Shown: positions 27,331 to 36,293, counted from the first letter of the stretch. The stretch is 49,448 bases of DNA from an uncultured Candidatus Saccharibacteria bacterium (GCA_964391975.1 CAYMNZ010000003.1:1-49448); one strand, 5' to 3'. The notes: generated by a model from the sequence alone, not told the origin. Numbers and translations are program-made.

Positions 27331-28097
27331 AGGTAACGGCGATCAGTTGCGATGCGGGATGCAATAATGCGTCTCACTTCCTCAAGTTCGTGCGGTTCGT
27401 TGACGCCGAGGTTGTCGTATTCACCTTTGATGACCTTCATGCGATAGCCGTGTTCAAGCACGCGCCACTGCTCGACGCCTTCTGCAAGCTCAAGTGGGCC
27501 TTGCGGGAGGGTGACGAATGTTCTAAGGAAATCAGTTCGCATCGCAAGCGCTCCTGTGATGTGGTAGTGGTCGGGGCGATACGAGGCGTTGTGCGGGTGG
27601 GGAACCGGTGCGCGAGAGAAGGCGAGAACAGTATCTTTGAGGTCGGTGAGAACCTTCACCACACTCGTTGCGCGCCACATTTCTTCGCTTGTGAGCTTAT
27701 CTGCGATGCCAACTAGCTGGACACTCTCGTCCGCATCAAGAGCTTGTACACACGCATCAATTGCTTCAGCGGGGTATAGGGGCTCATCACCCCAAATATT
27801 AACTACGATGTCAGGCGCAAAGTCTGTGAACTGCTCGAGCGCGAGCGCTACACCTTCTGTTCCGTTCTTCGATTGCAACGGAAGTGGCCAACGGATAACA
27901 GCAACACCCTCAGCCTTTGCGGCCGCCTCTATTTCATCTGAGTCGGTGGCTACAACAAGCGCATCAAGCGTCTTCGCCTTCTTTGAGCGTTCAATCGTCC
28001 AGGCGATAAGCGGTTTACCAGCGATGTCTGCGACCATCTTCTCGCGTATGCGCTTGGAGTTGATTCTCGCAGGGATGATACCAAGTACCTTAGACAT
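27327..28097 (-). CDS. kdsB: 3-deoxy-manno-octulosonate cytidylyltransferase-family enzyme (CMP-Kdo synthetase-like)
   Basis: GIIPARINSKRIREKMVADIAGKPLI, VNIWGDEP, VEQWRVLEHGYRMKV and GVNEPHELEEVR are collinear with E. coli KdsB motifs (IIPAR…INGKPMI, VNVQGDEP, LEQLRVLWYGEKIHV, GVDTPEDLERVR). Confidence 0.75.
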   Translation of the reverse strand: MSKVLGIIPARINSKRIREKMVADIAGKPLIAWTIERSKKAKTLDALVVATDSDEIEAAAKAEGVAVIRWPLPLQSKNGTEGVALALEQFTDFAPDIVVNIWGDEPLYPAEAIDACVQALDADESVQLVGIADKLTSEEMWRATSVVKVLTDLKDTVLAFSRAPVPHPHNASYRPDHYHITGALAMRTDFLRTFVTLPQGPLELAEGVEQWRVLEHGYRMKVIKGEYDNLGVNEPHELEEVRRIIASRIATDRRYL

Positions 28098-28842
28098 AGA
28101 GGGCTTTGGTTAGAGCTTGTATGCGGCTGACGAGCGTCTCAAACTCACCAGGGGTAAGCTGCTGCTCCGTATCACCGAGGGATTCCATGGGGTATGTGTG
28201 AACCTCCACCATCACACCATCAAGACCTGCGGCGATAGCGGCAAGCGAGAGACCTGGGACGAGGTCGCTGCGACCGGCTGGGTGTGAAGGATCGACAACT
28301 ACTGGCATACCGTAGTCGGTTTTCATGACGAGCGCTGCGTTCAAATCAAGTGTGAAGCGGGTTGAGTCAGCGCCGGTACGGATACCACGCTCGACGAGAA
28401 TCACTCGCTCCCGACCAATGTAATCAGCAGCACCAATCCATTCCTTCACGGTCGCGATGAATCCACGCTTAAGCATCACAGGGCGTGGATCATCACGAAG
28501 TGCTTTCAAGAGCGAAAAATTCTGCATATTGCGCGCGCCCACCCAGAGTACGTCGACGATATCCTTGGTAGCAGCAATATGGTCTATTTCCATCACTTCG
28601 GTGGCAATCAAGAGCCCCGTCTTCTCCTTAAGTTCCTTAAGCCACGCTAGACCTTCAACACCAACACCCTGGAAGCTATCCGGGTTGGTACGGGGCTTCC
28701 AGAGACCCACACGGTACATATGCGCACCAGCAGCTTTCACCTTCTCGCCAATTTCTATGACGCGCTCGCGCGTTTCTGCAGCGCAGGGGCCAGCGATAAT
28801 AAGCGGTTTATGTGAGAGGAGGTCGGCGCGGGTAAGAGTCAT
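28090..28842 (-). CDS. Type I-beta DAHP synthase-family aldolase (3-deoxy-ulosonate-phosphate synthase; DAHPS-like rather than KDO8PS-like by motifs)
   Basis: IIAGPCAAE, KPRTNPDSFQGVGVEGL, WVGARNMQNF, LKRG, ERGIRT and VVVDPSHPAGR. These are near-collinear with Bacillus/Thermotoga-type DAHPS (KPRTSPYSFQGLG, IGARNSQNF, DPSHPAGRR). Confidence 0.85.
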   Translation of the reverse strand: MTLTRADLLSHKPLIIAGPCAAETRERVIEIGEKVKAAGAHMYRVGLWKPRTNPDSFQGVGVEGLAWLKELKEKTGLLIATEVMEIDHIAATKDIVDVLWVGARNMQNFSLLKALRDDPRPVMLKRGFIATVKEWIGAADYIGRERVILVERGIRTGADSTRFTLDLNAALVMKTDYGMPVVVDPSHPAGRSDLVPGLSLAAIAAGLDGVMVEVHTYPMESLGDTEQQLTPGEFETLVSRIQALTKALYV

Positions 28843-30125
28843 ACAACGGGTTCTTTCTTAAAGCTGTTGGTAAGCATTATGACACTCTGTCCGGCATACA
28901 GCACGCGCATGATGAAGCGCGCGACGATGGCCCCCATGATGCCGAAGGTAGGAATCATAAGGAAATAGAGGACTATCTGCAGCGTTGGCTGGGAAGTAAA
29001 GAAAACGTACTGCTCTTTAATTTTCCGGTGTGCACCGATGATGGCGAGAGGGATTGTACCAACGAGGCCGACGGCCGAGAGCATAAACACCTGAGAATAG
29101 AGAACGCTCTCCATATATTGTGGGAAGAGGAATTGGAAGATATACGGCGCGAGGAGGATGTAGACCAACGAGAGCGTAAGGAGCGCAAGCGCATACAGTG
29201 CCATTTTTCGCCAGAGAGAAGGGAGTCCATTACGTACCTCATCTACTGATTGGGTAGCGAACTTTCGGAATGCAAGGTCGCTCACTCCCTTGAGTGGACC
29301 CTTCAGTTGTTCAGGAATCGCAACTGCAAACGTGTAAATGGCAACCTGAACCGGACCGAGGAAGTGCCAGATGAGAATCTTATCGATGTTGCCAGCAATG
29401 ACGCCAAGAACATTCATAAGTGTTAGGTGCCAACCATAGGTAACAGTTTCCGTATCTTTCTCGGTATCGCGCTCATTCGGCACTGTGCGGAACGTGTGTA
29501 TGTAGAGCAGGATGCGTACAAGAATGAGTGGGATGAAGTACGCACAGAGAAGTGCAATCAGGGAATCAGAAAGCATCGCGGTCACCACAAGCACACCGAT
29601 GCTTACTGTCTGAGTGAGCGCGTGGTATTTAGCCATGAGGTCGAAACGACCACGACCAGAGAGGTAGGAGGAGTAAAGACCAAACGTATCGAAGAAGGGA
29701 AGGGTAGCGGCAATGACCAGGAGTGCGATAGCGAGATTCGCATTGTCGCCGAGGAAGTAGTAGTACGCGCTCCCGAGAAGCGCGAAAAGCGCGCCGAGTG
29801 CGCTGCCCTTCAGGCGCGCTGCAGTCAGTGCTCGATAGGTACCCACCTCTCCTTTGGCGGCAGCGCGGGTGTACGCAGTGTCCATGCCCGGGAGTGTGAA
29901 TACTGCGAAGAGGCCGGCAATCGACAGGACATACTTATAGGTACCGTATGTTTCCTGGGAGAGAAGATTCGCTAAGGCTATAGCAAGGAGTAAAGCAGAG
30001 AGGGAAGAGACTGCCTGGGCTACCGTCATCCAAAAACCACCTGCTGCAAGGTAGACCATATCGGTCTTTGTATATTTCTCGCTCCAGCGAAGGAGTTGGA
30101 GAAAACGCATTTTCAATTCAGTCAT
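28839..30125 (-). CDS. Polysaccharide/oligosaccharide flippase (Wzx, MOP superfamily)
   Basis: Polytopic membrane protein with many hydrophobic helices and a Wzx-like layout. I prefer start ATG 30125 (MTELKMRFLQ…) over the track's 30188; it leaves ~98 bp for the divergent promoter region. Confidence 0.72.
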   Translation of the reverse strand: MTELKMRFLQLLRWSEKYTKTDMVYLAAGGFWMTVAQAVSSLSALLLAIALANLLSQETYGTYKYVLSIAGLFAVFTLPGMDTAYTRAAAKGEVGTYRALTAARLKGSALGALFALLGSAYYYFLGDNANLAIALLVIAATLPFFDTFGLYSSYLSGRGRFDLMAKYHALTQTVSIGVLVVTAMLSDSLIALLCAYFIPLILVRILLYIHTFRTVPNERDTEKDTETVTYGWHLTLMNVLGVIAGNIDKILIWHFLGPVQVAIYTFAVAIPEQLKGPLKGVSDLAFRKFATQSVDEVRNGLPSLWRKMALYALALLTLSLVYILLAPYIFQFLFPQYMESVLYSQVFMLSAVGLVGTIPLAIIGAHRKIKEQYVFFTSQPTLQIVLYFLMIPTFGIMGAIVARFIMRVLYAGQSVIMLTNSFKKEPVV

Positions 30126-30223
30126 GGAAGGCCCTGTTCGCTCTACTATATACCAATCGTAACCTTCCCTAAGCAGGAAAGGATGCATGGCCCGGGCTCT
30201 CTGGGGGTGCTATAGTCGTTTCT

Positions 30224-32380
30224 ATGAAAGTAGTGTCGATCATCAAATGGATCGTCCTGGGGGCCCTCTTCCTCATCCCTTTCCTTGCCCTTTATGTGGC
30301 CAACGGCGCCTTCTTTCCCTTCATCACCGGTAAGGCCTTTGCCTTCCGCATACTTGTCGAAATAGCCTTTGTCGGCTGGGCGGTGCTCGCCCTTGCTGAT
30401 AAGCAATATCGCCCTCGCTTCTCTTGGACACTCCTCTTATATGGAGTATTTGCCGTGTGGATGATGGTCGCTGACTTCCTGGCACTTAATCCGCATAAGG
30501 CATTCTGGAGCAACTTCGAGCGCATGGACGGATGGGTGACCCTCATCCACGTGTTCATGTTCTTCGTGGTCGCGGGGGCGATGCTCGCAAAAGAGAGTCT
30601 TCGCCAGGCCTGGTGGCGCGCATTCCTTGCTGCTGCAGCTCTCACCTGTGTCGTTGCCCTCATGCAGCTCATGGGCGTCTTCGCAATCAATCAGGGAGGA
30701 CTGCGCGTTGACGCAACGCTTGGCAACGCTATCTACTTCGCTGTCTTCCTTATGTTCGCGCTCGGTGTCACCCTCTGGCAGGCAGTGGTAAGCCGCGGCT
30801 GGCTGCGCTACTCCTTATATGTACTCGCGGCGGTAGAAATCGTCTTCCTTCTCTTCACTGCTTCCCGTGGCGCTTTGATTGCCACTTTCGGCGCCGTTGT
30901 CTTCGCAGCTCTATGGACTGCCTGGAAGTCGGGGGAGAAGGCACGCAAACTCGCCATTGGAGTGCTTGTCGCCCTTGTAGTTCTGGTCGGCGGCTTCTTC
31001 CTCGTCCGCGATACTTCGTTTGTTACGGAACAACCAGTGATAGCGCGTCTCGCTTCGGTTTTCTCCATAAGTCAGGAGCTCCAAATACGCTTTGAGATAT
31101 GGCAGATGGCTGGAGAGGCCGCTGCTGAGCGCCCTGTCTTCGGTTGGGGACAGGAAGGTTTCCTCTATGCGTTCAACCAGCACTACGACCCTTCGCTCTA
31201 CGGCGTCGAGCCCTACTATGACCGCGCACACAATACCTACCTCGATTGGCTTGTAGCAGGTGGTGTTCCTGCATTCCTTCTCTTCCTCGCACTTCTGCTG
31301 AGTACGGTCATCGCGCTCTTCCGTTACCAAATCGCACCGCTTGAGCGGCTTATGCTGCTGTCACTGTTGGTCGCCTACGGTATTCAGGCACTGGTGGTGT
31401 TCGACAACCTCTTTGCGTACATACCGCTCGCGATGATTCTCGCTACCGCGCACATCATTTCCTCTAAGCCAGTGAAATCTCTTGAGTCGGCTCCCGAACT
31501 TCCCGAGCAGGGAGTAGGCATGATTGCTGCTCCAGCGGCTGCTGCGCTTGCGGTCGCGCTTATCTGGATTGTGAACGTACCGAACATGGCTGCGGCGACC
31601 GACCTTATAAAAGCACAGCAGCCAACCACTCAGGGCGTCGGGCAAAACCTTGAGCTCTTCAAGCAAACGCTTGCAGGCGGATCATTTGCTACGGAAGAAA
31701 TTCGCACACAGCTTGCTAACGTCGCCATCCGTATCGCCCAGGAGCCATCTCTTTCAGACGCGACAAAACTCGAGTGGCTCACACTCGCAATCTCTGAATT
31801 GAACCTAGAGCTTGAGCGTGCACCACTGGACACACGCCTCCTGCTCGCTCGCTCTGGTGTGTATCGCGTTGGAGGGGATTACGCCAACTCGATTGCCTCA
31901 ATCAATGAAGCACTTGAGATTTCACCTAAGAAGCAACAGCTCTACCTTGAGCGTGCTGCCGTCGAATGGCTTGCCGGAGACCAAGATGCTGCGCGCGCGT
32001 CTTTCAGGACTGCCTACGAGCTTGATACCTCCTTTAAGGACCCGCTCATCTACCTTGCGGCAAGCGAGGTGATTGCAGGCAATCTTCCCGGGGCGCAGAC
32101 GCTTCTTGTTGATACGTTTGGTACAACCACAGTCGACAGCGACATTCTCTGGGGCGCGTACGCCAATGCGAAGCAATACGATGCGCTCATTGCACTCCAG
32201 CGCCTGAGGATTCAAAACCGCGATGGCGCAGCAGCTGACCGCCTCATGCTTGCCAAGATTCTTGCGGTTGCGGGTCGCACTGCAGAGGCGCGCGCAGAGA
32301 TACAGGCAACCGTCGCGGCGCATCCGGAAGCAGCCGCTGATGCCTCTGCGCTTCTCGCGCAGATTTCCGCGCAGCCATAA
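30224..32380 (+). CDS. O-antigen ligase/polymerase-like (Wzy_C) polytopic membrane protein with C-terminal TPR-like domain
   Basis: About 12 hydrophobic helices with an LLFTASRGALIATFG loop typical of the Wzy_C/O-antigen ligase family. The C-terminal ~270 aa has TPR-like repeats (…ALEISPKKQQLYLERAAVEWLAGDQDAARASFRTAYELD…). Confidence 0.75.
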   Translation: MKVVSIIKWIVLGALFLIPFLALYVANGAFFPFITGKAFAFRILVEIAFVGWAVLALADKQYRPRFSWTLLLYGVFAVWMMVADFLALNPHKAFWSNFERMDGWVTLIHVFMFFVVAGAMLAKESLRQAWWRAFLAAAALTCVVALMQLMGVFAINQGGLRVDATLGNAIYFAVFLMFALGVTLWQAVVSRGWLRYSLYVLAAVEIVFLLFTASRGALIATFGAVVFAALWTAWKSGEKARKLAIGVLVALVVLVGGFFLVRDTSFVTEQPVIARLASVFSISQELQIRFEIWQMAGEAAAERPVFGWGQEGFLYAFNQHYDPSLYGVEPYYDRAHNTYLDWLVAGGVPAFLLFLALLLSTVIALFRYQIAPLERLMLLSLLVAYGIQALVVFDNLFAYIPLAMILATAHIISSKPVKSLESAPELPEQGVGMIAAPAAAALAVALIWIVNVPNMAAATDLIKAQQPTTQGVGQNLELFKQTLAGGSFATEEIRTQLANVAIRIAQEPSLSDATKLEWLTLAISELNLELERAPLDTRLLLARSGVYRVGGDYANSIASINEALEISPKKQQLYLERAAVEWLAGDQDAARASFRTAYELDTSFKDPLIYLAASEVIAGNLPGAQTLLVDTFGTTTVDSDILWGAYANAKQYDALIALQRLRIQNRDGAAADRLMLAKILAVAGRTAEARAEIQATVAAHPEAAADASALLAQISAQP

Positions 32381-33396
32381 TGAACCTCAGGGAACAGGTG
32401 CCGCTCTCCTCCCTTACGACCCTCAGGGTTGGTGGACCTGCAGCGGCAGTCATTTCTTGTAGCAGTGTCGAAGACATCGAAGCCGCGCTCGCGTACGCCA
32501 AGGAACACAGTCTTCCGTATTACGTACTTGGAGGTGGAAGCAACGTACTTGCCTCCGACGACGGCTACCAAGGACTCGTCATACTTATACGCACTGATGG
32601 GATTACCTTCAGTGAGGAAGGGGACGCCGTTCTCGTTTCAGCTGCAGCAGGAGCATCGTGGGATGAGCTTGTAACGCAGGCTGCGTCACGCGGTTTGTGG
32701 GGAATCGAAAACCTTGCAGGCATACCTGGAACGGTAGGAGCAGCACCTATCCAGAACATTGGTGCGTACGGTGCTGAACTCGCTGGCACACTTCGCTTCG
32801 TTGATGTTATTGATTCAGCAACAGGGAAGCGAATGCAATTGTCAGCTGCTGACTGTGCACTTGGGTATCGCGATAGCCGATTTAAACACGAACCAAATCT
32901 CATCGTCACCGGCGTTACGCTCGCGCTTCAGAAGCAAGGTTCACCAAAGATTGAGTACAAGGACCTACTCGCGCTACAAGAGCGTGGAGTTGACCTCTCG
33001 ACCCCGTCGGCAATTGGGGAGGCAGTGCGCGAAGTCCGGAAAGGGAAGTTTCCTGATTTGCACACTACCGGAACGGCAGGCTCCTTCTTTAAGAACCCCA
33101 TCCTTACACCTGAGCGCTTCACTGAACTCAAAGAGCGCTATGGTGATATTCCGAGCTTCCCAAACCCCAAGGGAGTAAAGATACCGCTCGCGTTTGTGCT
33201 CGACCGAGTTCTTGCGCTCCGCGGTTTTCGCCAAGGGCCCGCGTGGTTGTTTGGTTCGCAGCCGCTCGTGCTTGCGCTTGATGTAGGCGGCGCTGCACAC
33301 GATGTTGAATCACTTGCGCGTCTTGTTGAACAGAAAGTGTATGACGCAACAGGCATAACAATCGAACGAGAAGTGCGAACGATGCCAACGCAGTAG
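32380..33396 (+). CDS. murB: UDP-N-acetylenolpyruvoylglucosamine reductase
   Basis: LTTLRVGGPA, VLGGGSNVL, GIENLAGIPGTVGAAPIQNIGAYG. 1-nt TAATG overlap with the upstream gene. Confidence 0.9.
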   Translation: MNLREQVPLSSLTTLRVGGPAAAVISCSSVEDIEAALAYAKEHSLPYYVLGGGSNVLASDDGYQGLVILIRTDGITFSEEGDAVLVSAAAGASWDELVTQAASRGLWGIENLAGIPGTVGAAPIQNIGAYGAELAGTLRFVDVIDSATGKRMQLSAADCALGYRDSRFKHEPNLIVTGVTLALQKQGSPKIEYKDLLALQERGVDLSTPSAIGEAVREVRKGKFPDLHTTGTAGSFFKNPILTPERFTELKERYGDIPSFPNPKGVKIPLAFVLDRVLALRGFRQGPAWLFGSQPLVLALDVGGAAHDVESLARLVEQKVYDATGITIEREVRTMPTQ

Positions 33397-33423
33397 TTTT
33401 TTCGTAAAACTTTTTAGGAAAAG

Positions 33424-33432
33424 TTATCCACA
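33424..33432 (+). promoter_or_regulatory. Perfect consensus DnaA box TTATCCACA in the murB / histone-like intergenic region
   Basis: Exact 9-mer read in the sequence. It is a single copy, so chance cannot be excluded. Confidence 0.3.
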
Positions 33433-33566
33433 GCTCGCACTTTGTGCGCACAAAAAATTCCTACACGCGCAATAATACTCATAGAACACATTCGCGAGCG
33501 AGCTATTACAATAATTCGCACGTGAGTGGGTCGACAATATCAGTCGTAGTAAATTCTAGAATACCT

Positions 33567-33689
33567 ATGGCAGCAAAAAAGAGGAAGGCCGCAAAGAAGG
33601 CACCGGCTAAGAAGTCCGTCAAGCGCAAGGCAGTGAAGAAGACCGTCAAGCGCAAGGCAACGAAGAAGTCCGCAAAGAAGCGCGCATAA
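33567..33689 (+). CDS. 40-aa Lys/Ala-rich histone H1-like (Hc1/AlgP-tail-like) basic protein
   Basis: MAAKKRKAAKKAPAKKSVKRKAVKKTVKRKATKKSAKKRA has 17 K + 4 R in 40 aa and no acidic residue. It sits inside the track ORF 33444..33689, whose N-terminal 41 aa look non-coding. A strong terminator follows. Confidence 0.55.
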   Translation: MAAKKRKAAKKAPAKKSVKRKAVKKTVKRKATKKSAKKRA

Positions 33690-33702
33690 CGCTTTTAGCA
33701 AG

Positions 33703-33737
33703 GAACGCCCCGAGCAATCGGGGCGTTCTTCTTTTAT
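33703..33737 (+). terminator. Rho-independent terminator
   Basis: Perfect 10-bp stem GAACGCCCCG (33703-33712) / CGGGGCGTTC (33719-33728), 6-nt loop, tail TTCTTTTAT. Confidence 0.8.
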
Positions 33738-33766
33738 GGGGGCGAAAGCGGTATAGTGGCCCAATC

Positions 33767-36292
33767 ATGGCAGACATGCTCGGGCGCCTATTTACCAAGA
33801 ACCAGTCCTCGGCCTTTATTAAGGCCGCTGGTAGCGTCGTTGCCAAGGCGGGGGAGTTCTCGGGTCAGTTTGAGGGTCTCTCCCAGGAGGAGCTCAAGGG
33901 GAGGCTTTCAGCTGTTCGGGACCGGACCGGAGGCTCTCCAGAAAAGGATGCGGACATTGCAGAGGTGTTCGCGCTCGTACGGGAGAGTGCGCGCCGGACA
34001 CTTAAGGAGCGCCACTACGATGTACAGCTCATCGGAGGGTTGGCACTCGCTAAAGGAAAGATTGCTGAGATGCGCACCGGAGAAGGGAAGACGCTTGTTG
34101 CGACTCTAGCAGTAACACTCCGCGCGCTCGCTGGTAAGGGGGTGCACATCGTGACGGTGAACGACTATCTCGCCCGACGCGACGGCGCGTGGATGGGACA
34201 GGTGTATGACTTCCTTGGACTTACCGTCGGTGTGGTCACCTCAACCGGTGCGTACCTCTACGATCCTTCGCACGTTGAAGCTACGGAGGACGAGCAGCGC
34301 GACGCTGAAGGCTCTTTCCGCGTTTTCTATGATTACCTGCGCCCTGTTTCTAAGAAGGAGGCGTACGCGGCTGACCTTACCTACGCAACCAACAACGAGC
34401 TCGGGTTCGATTATCTTCGCGACAACACTGCCTACGAGCCGGCACAGATTGCTGGGCGCGGACACCACTACGCAATTGTCGACGAAATCGACTCTATTCT
34501 TATAGATGAGGCACGCACGCCGCTCATCATCTCAGGCCCTGCAGAGGACTCTGGAGCCCTCTACCAGCGCTTCTCCACCATTGTGGCGAGCTTTGTACCT
34601 GTAGAGGACTATACGGTGGATGAGAAGCATAAGGCCGTCCAGCTCACTGAGGAGGGCATCCGGAAGGCTGAGGAGGCTCTTGGTATTGAGAACCTCTATA
34701 CCGAGGGAGGAATGAAGTACGCCCACCACCTTGAGACCGCCGCTAAGGCCAAGGCGCTGTTTAACCGAGACAAGGAGTATGTCGTCAAAGACGGAGAGAT
34801 TATTATCGTCGACGAGTTCACGGGTCGTTTGCAGCCTGGGCGTCGCTGGTCTGAGGGATTGCATCAGGCAATTGAGGCGAAGGAGGGTGTGCCAATCAGG
34901 AAGGAGACTCGCACCTATGCATCGGTGACCTTCCAGAACTACTTCCGCATGTACGAGCGTATCGCTGGTATGACGGGTACGGCACTTTCCGCAGAAGAGG
35001 AGTTTTACACCGTGTACGGACTTGAAGTGGTTTCAGTGCCGACCAACCGTCCTGTTGCTCGTAAGGACCATGACGACCTTATTTTCCAGACCAATGATGG
35101 CAAGTACCGAGCGCTCACCAAGCAGGTGAAAGAACTCCACGAGAAAGGACAGCCGGTACTCATTGGTACCGTTTCAATTGAAGACAACGAGATAGTCTCG
35201 AGTTACCTCGAAAAGGCAGGCATCCCACACGAGCTCCTGAACGCGAAGAACCACGAACGCGAAGGTGAAATCATCGCGCAGGCAGGAAGGAAGGCGAATG
35301 TGACGGTGGCAACTAACCTCGCAGGACGCGGCGTGGACATCAAGCTTGGCGGCGCTCCAAGTGCTCCTGATACGCACAACGAGGTAGTCGGTCTCGGCGG
35401 TCTCGCCGTCATTGGTACCGAGCGCCACGAAGCCAGGCGCATCGATGACCAGCTGCGTGGTCGTTCCGGCCGTCAGGGAGACCCAGGAGAGACTCGCTTC
35501 TATGTGTCTCTTGAGGACAAGCTCATGCGTGTCTTTGCTTCAGACATGCTCAAGAAAGTGATGGGCACCTTCCGTATTCCTGAGGACGAGCCAATCGCAA
35601 GCGGCATGATTACTAAGTCGCTTGAGACCGCTCAGAAGCGCATCGAGGGCTACAACTTTGATGCTCGCAAGCAGGTGCTTGCCTACGACGACGTGATGAA
35701 CACCCAGCGCCTCGCTATCTACGGCAGGCGTACCAAGGCCCTCCTCGGCACACCTGAGGATATAGAAGCGCTCGCACAGGAGCTTATAGCGGGCGATGTA
35801 GCCGCGCTTGCAGCCTACGAGGCTAAGAAAGCCGAATACGGCCCAGAACTCTGGACTGCGCTTACGCGCCGCATGGTTCTCCAGATTACCGACACCTTCT
35901 GGCTCGAGCAGCTTGAGGCCATGGATTACTTGCGCCGAAGCGTTTCGCTGCGTGCGTATGGTCAGCGTGACCCGTTGCTCGAGTATCGTCGCGAAGGCCT
36001 CATCCGCTTCCAGCAGATGGAAGAGAGCATTGCGCAGACCTTCCGTGAGGCACTACCGCGCGTACAGCCTGCCGATGAGGCAAAGATAAAAGCCGCAGAA
36101 GAGAAAGCACGTCGTGCAATGCTTGCGGGGAGCGAGTCAGGTGATGGTTCTTCCGTACCAGGACCTGTGACGAAAGCTGAAGGTCCCGGGCGTAATGATA
36201 TGGTTACTATAAAGAACGGAGATGAAACACGTACGATGAAGTACAAGAAAGCCGAAGCCTTGATTAACGAGGGCTGGGAGCTCGTCCGCTAA
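33767..36292 (+). CDS. secA: Preprotein translocase ATPase SecA
   Basis: EMRTGEGKTLVATL, DEIDSILIDEARTPLIISG, TNLAGRGVDIKLGG, GTERHEARRIDDQLRGRSGRQGDPG. Length 841 aa. Confidence 0.95.
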   Translation: MADMLGRLFTKNQSSAFIKAAGSVVAKAGEFSGQFEGLSQEELKGRLSAVRDRTGGSPEKDADIAEVFALVRESARRTLKERHYDVQLIGGLALAKGKIAEMRTGEGKTLVATLAVTLRALAGKGVHIVTVNDYLARRDGAWMGQVYDFLGLTVGVVTSTGAYLYDPSHVEATEDEQRDAEGSFRVFYDYLRPVSKKEAYAADLTYATNNELGFDYLRDNTAYEPAQIAGRGHHYAIVDEIDSILIDEARTPLIISGPAEDSGALYQRFSTIVASFVPVEDYTVDEKHKAVQLTEEGIRKAEEALGIENLYTEGGMKYAHHLETAAKAKALFNRDKEYVVKDGEIIIVDEFTGRLQPGRRWSEGLHQAIEAKEGVPIRKETRTYASVTFQNYFRMYERIAGMTGTALSAEEEFYTVYGLEVVSVPTNRPVARKDHDDLIFQTNDGKYRALTKQVKELHEKGQPVLIGTVSIEDNEIVSSYLEKAGIPHELLNAKNHEREGEIIAQAGRKANVTVATNLAGRGVDIKLGGAPSAPDTHNEVVGLGGLAVIGTERHEARRIDDQLRGRSGRQGDPGETRFYVSLEDKLMRVFASDMLKKVMGTFRIPEDEPIASGMITKSLETAQKRIEGYNFDARKQVLAYDDVMNTQRLAIYGRRTKALLGTPEDIEALAQELIAGDVAALAAYEAKKAEYGPELWTALTRRMVLQITDTFWLEQLEAMDYLRRSVSLRAYGQRDPLLEYRREGLIRFQQMEESIAQTFREALPRVQPADEAKIKAAEEKARRAMLAGSESGDGSSVPGPVTKAEGPGRNDMVTIKNGDETRTMKYKKAEALINEGWELVR

Positions 36293-36293
36293 T

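Noticed and set aside
28090-28842. Taking the DAHP-synthase-like gene as evidence for aromatic amino-acid biosynthesis.
   Set aside because: There are no other aro genes in the window. The gene is overlap-coupled to a flippase and a KdsB-like cytidylyltransferase inside a glycan locus. A sugar-acid role is more parsimonious, though this needs whole-genome confirmation.
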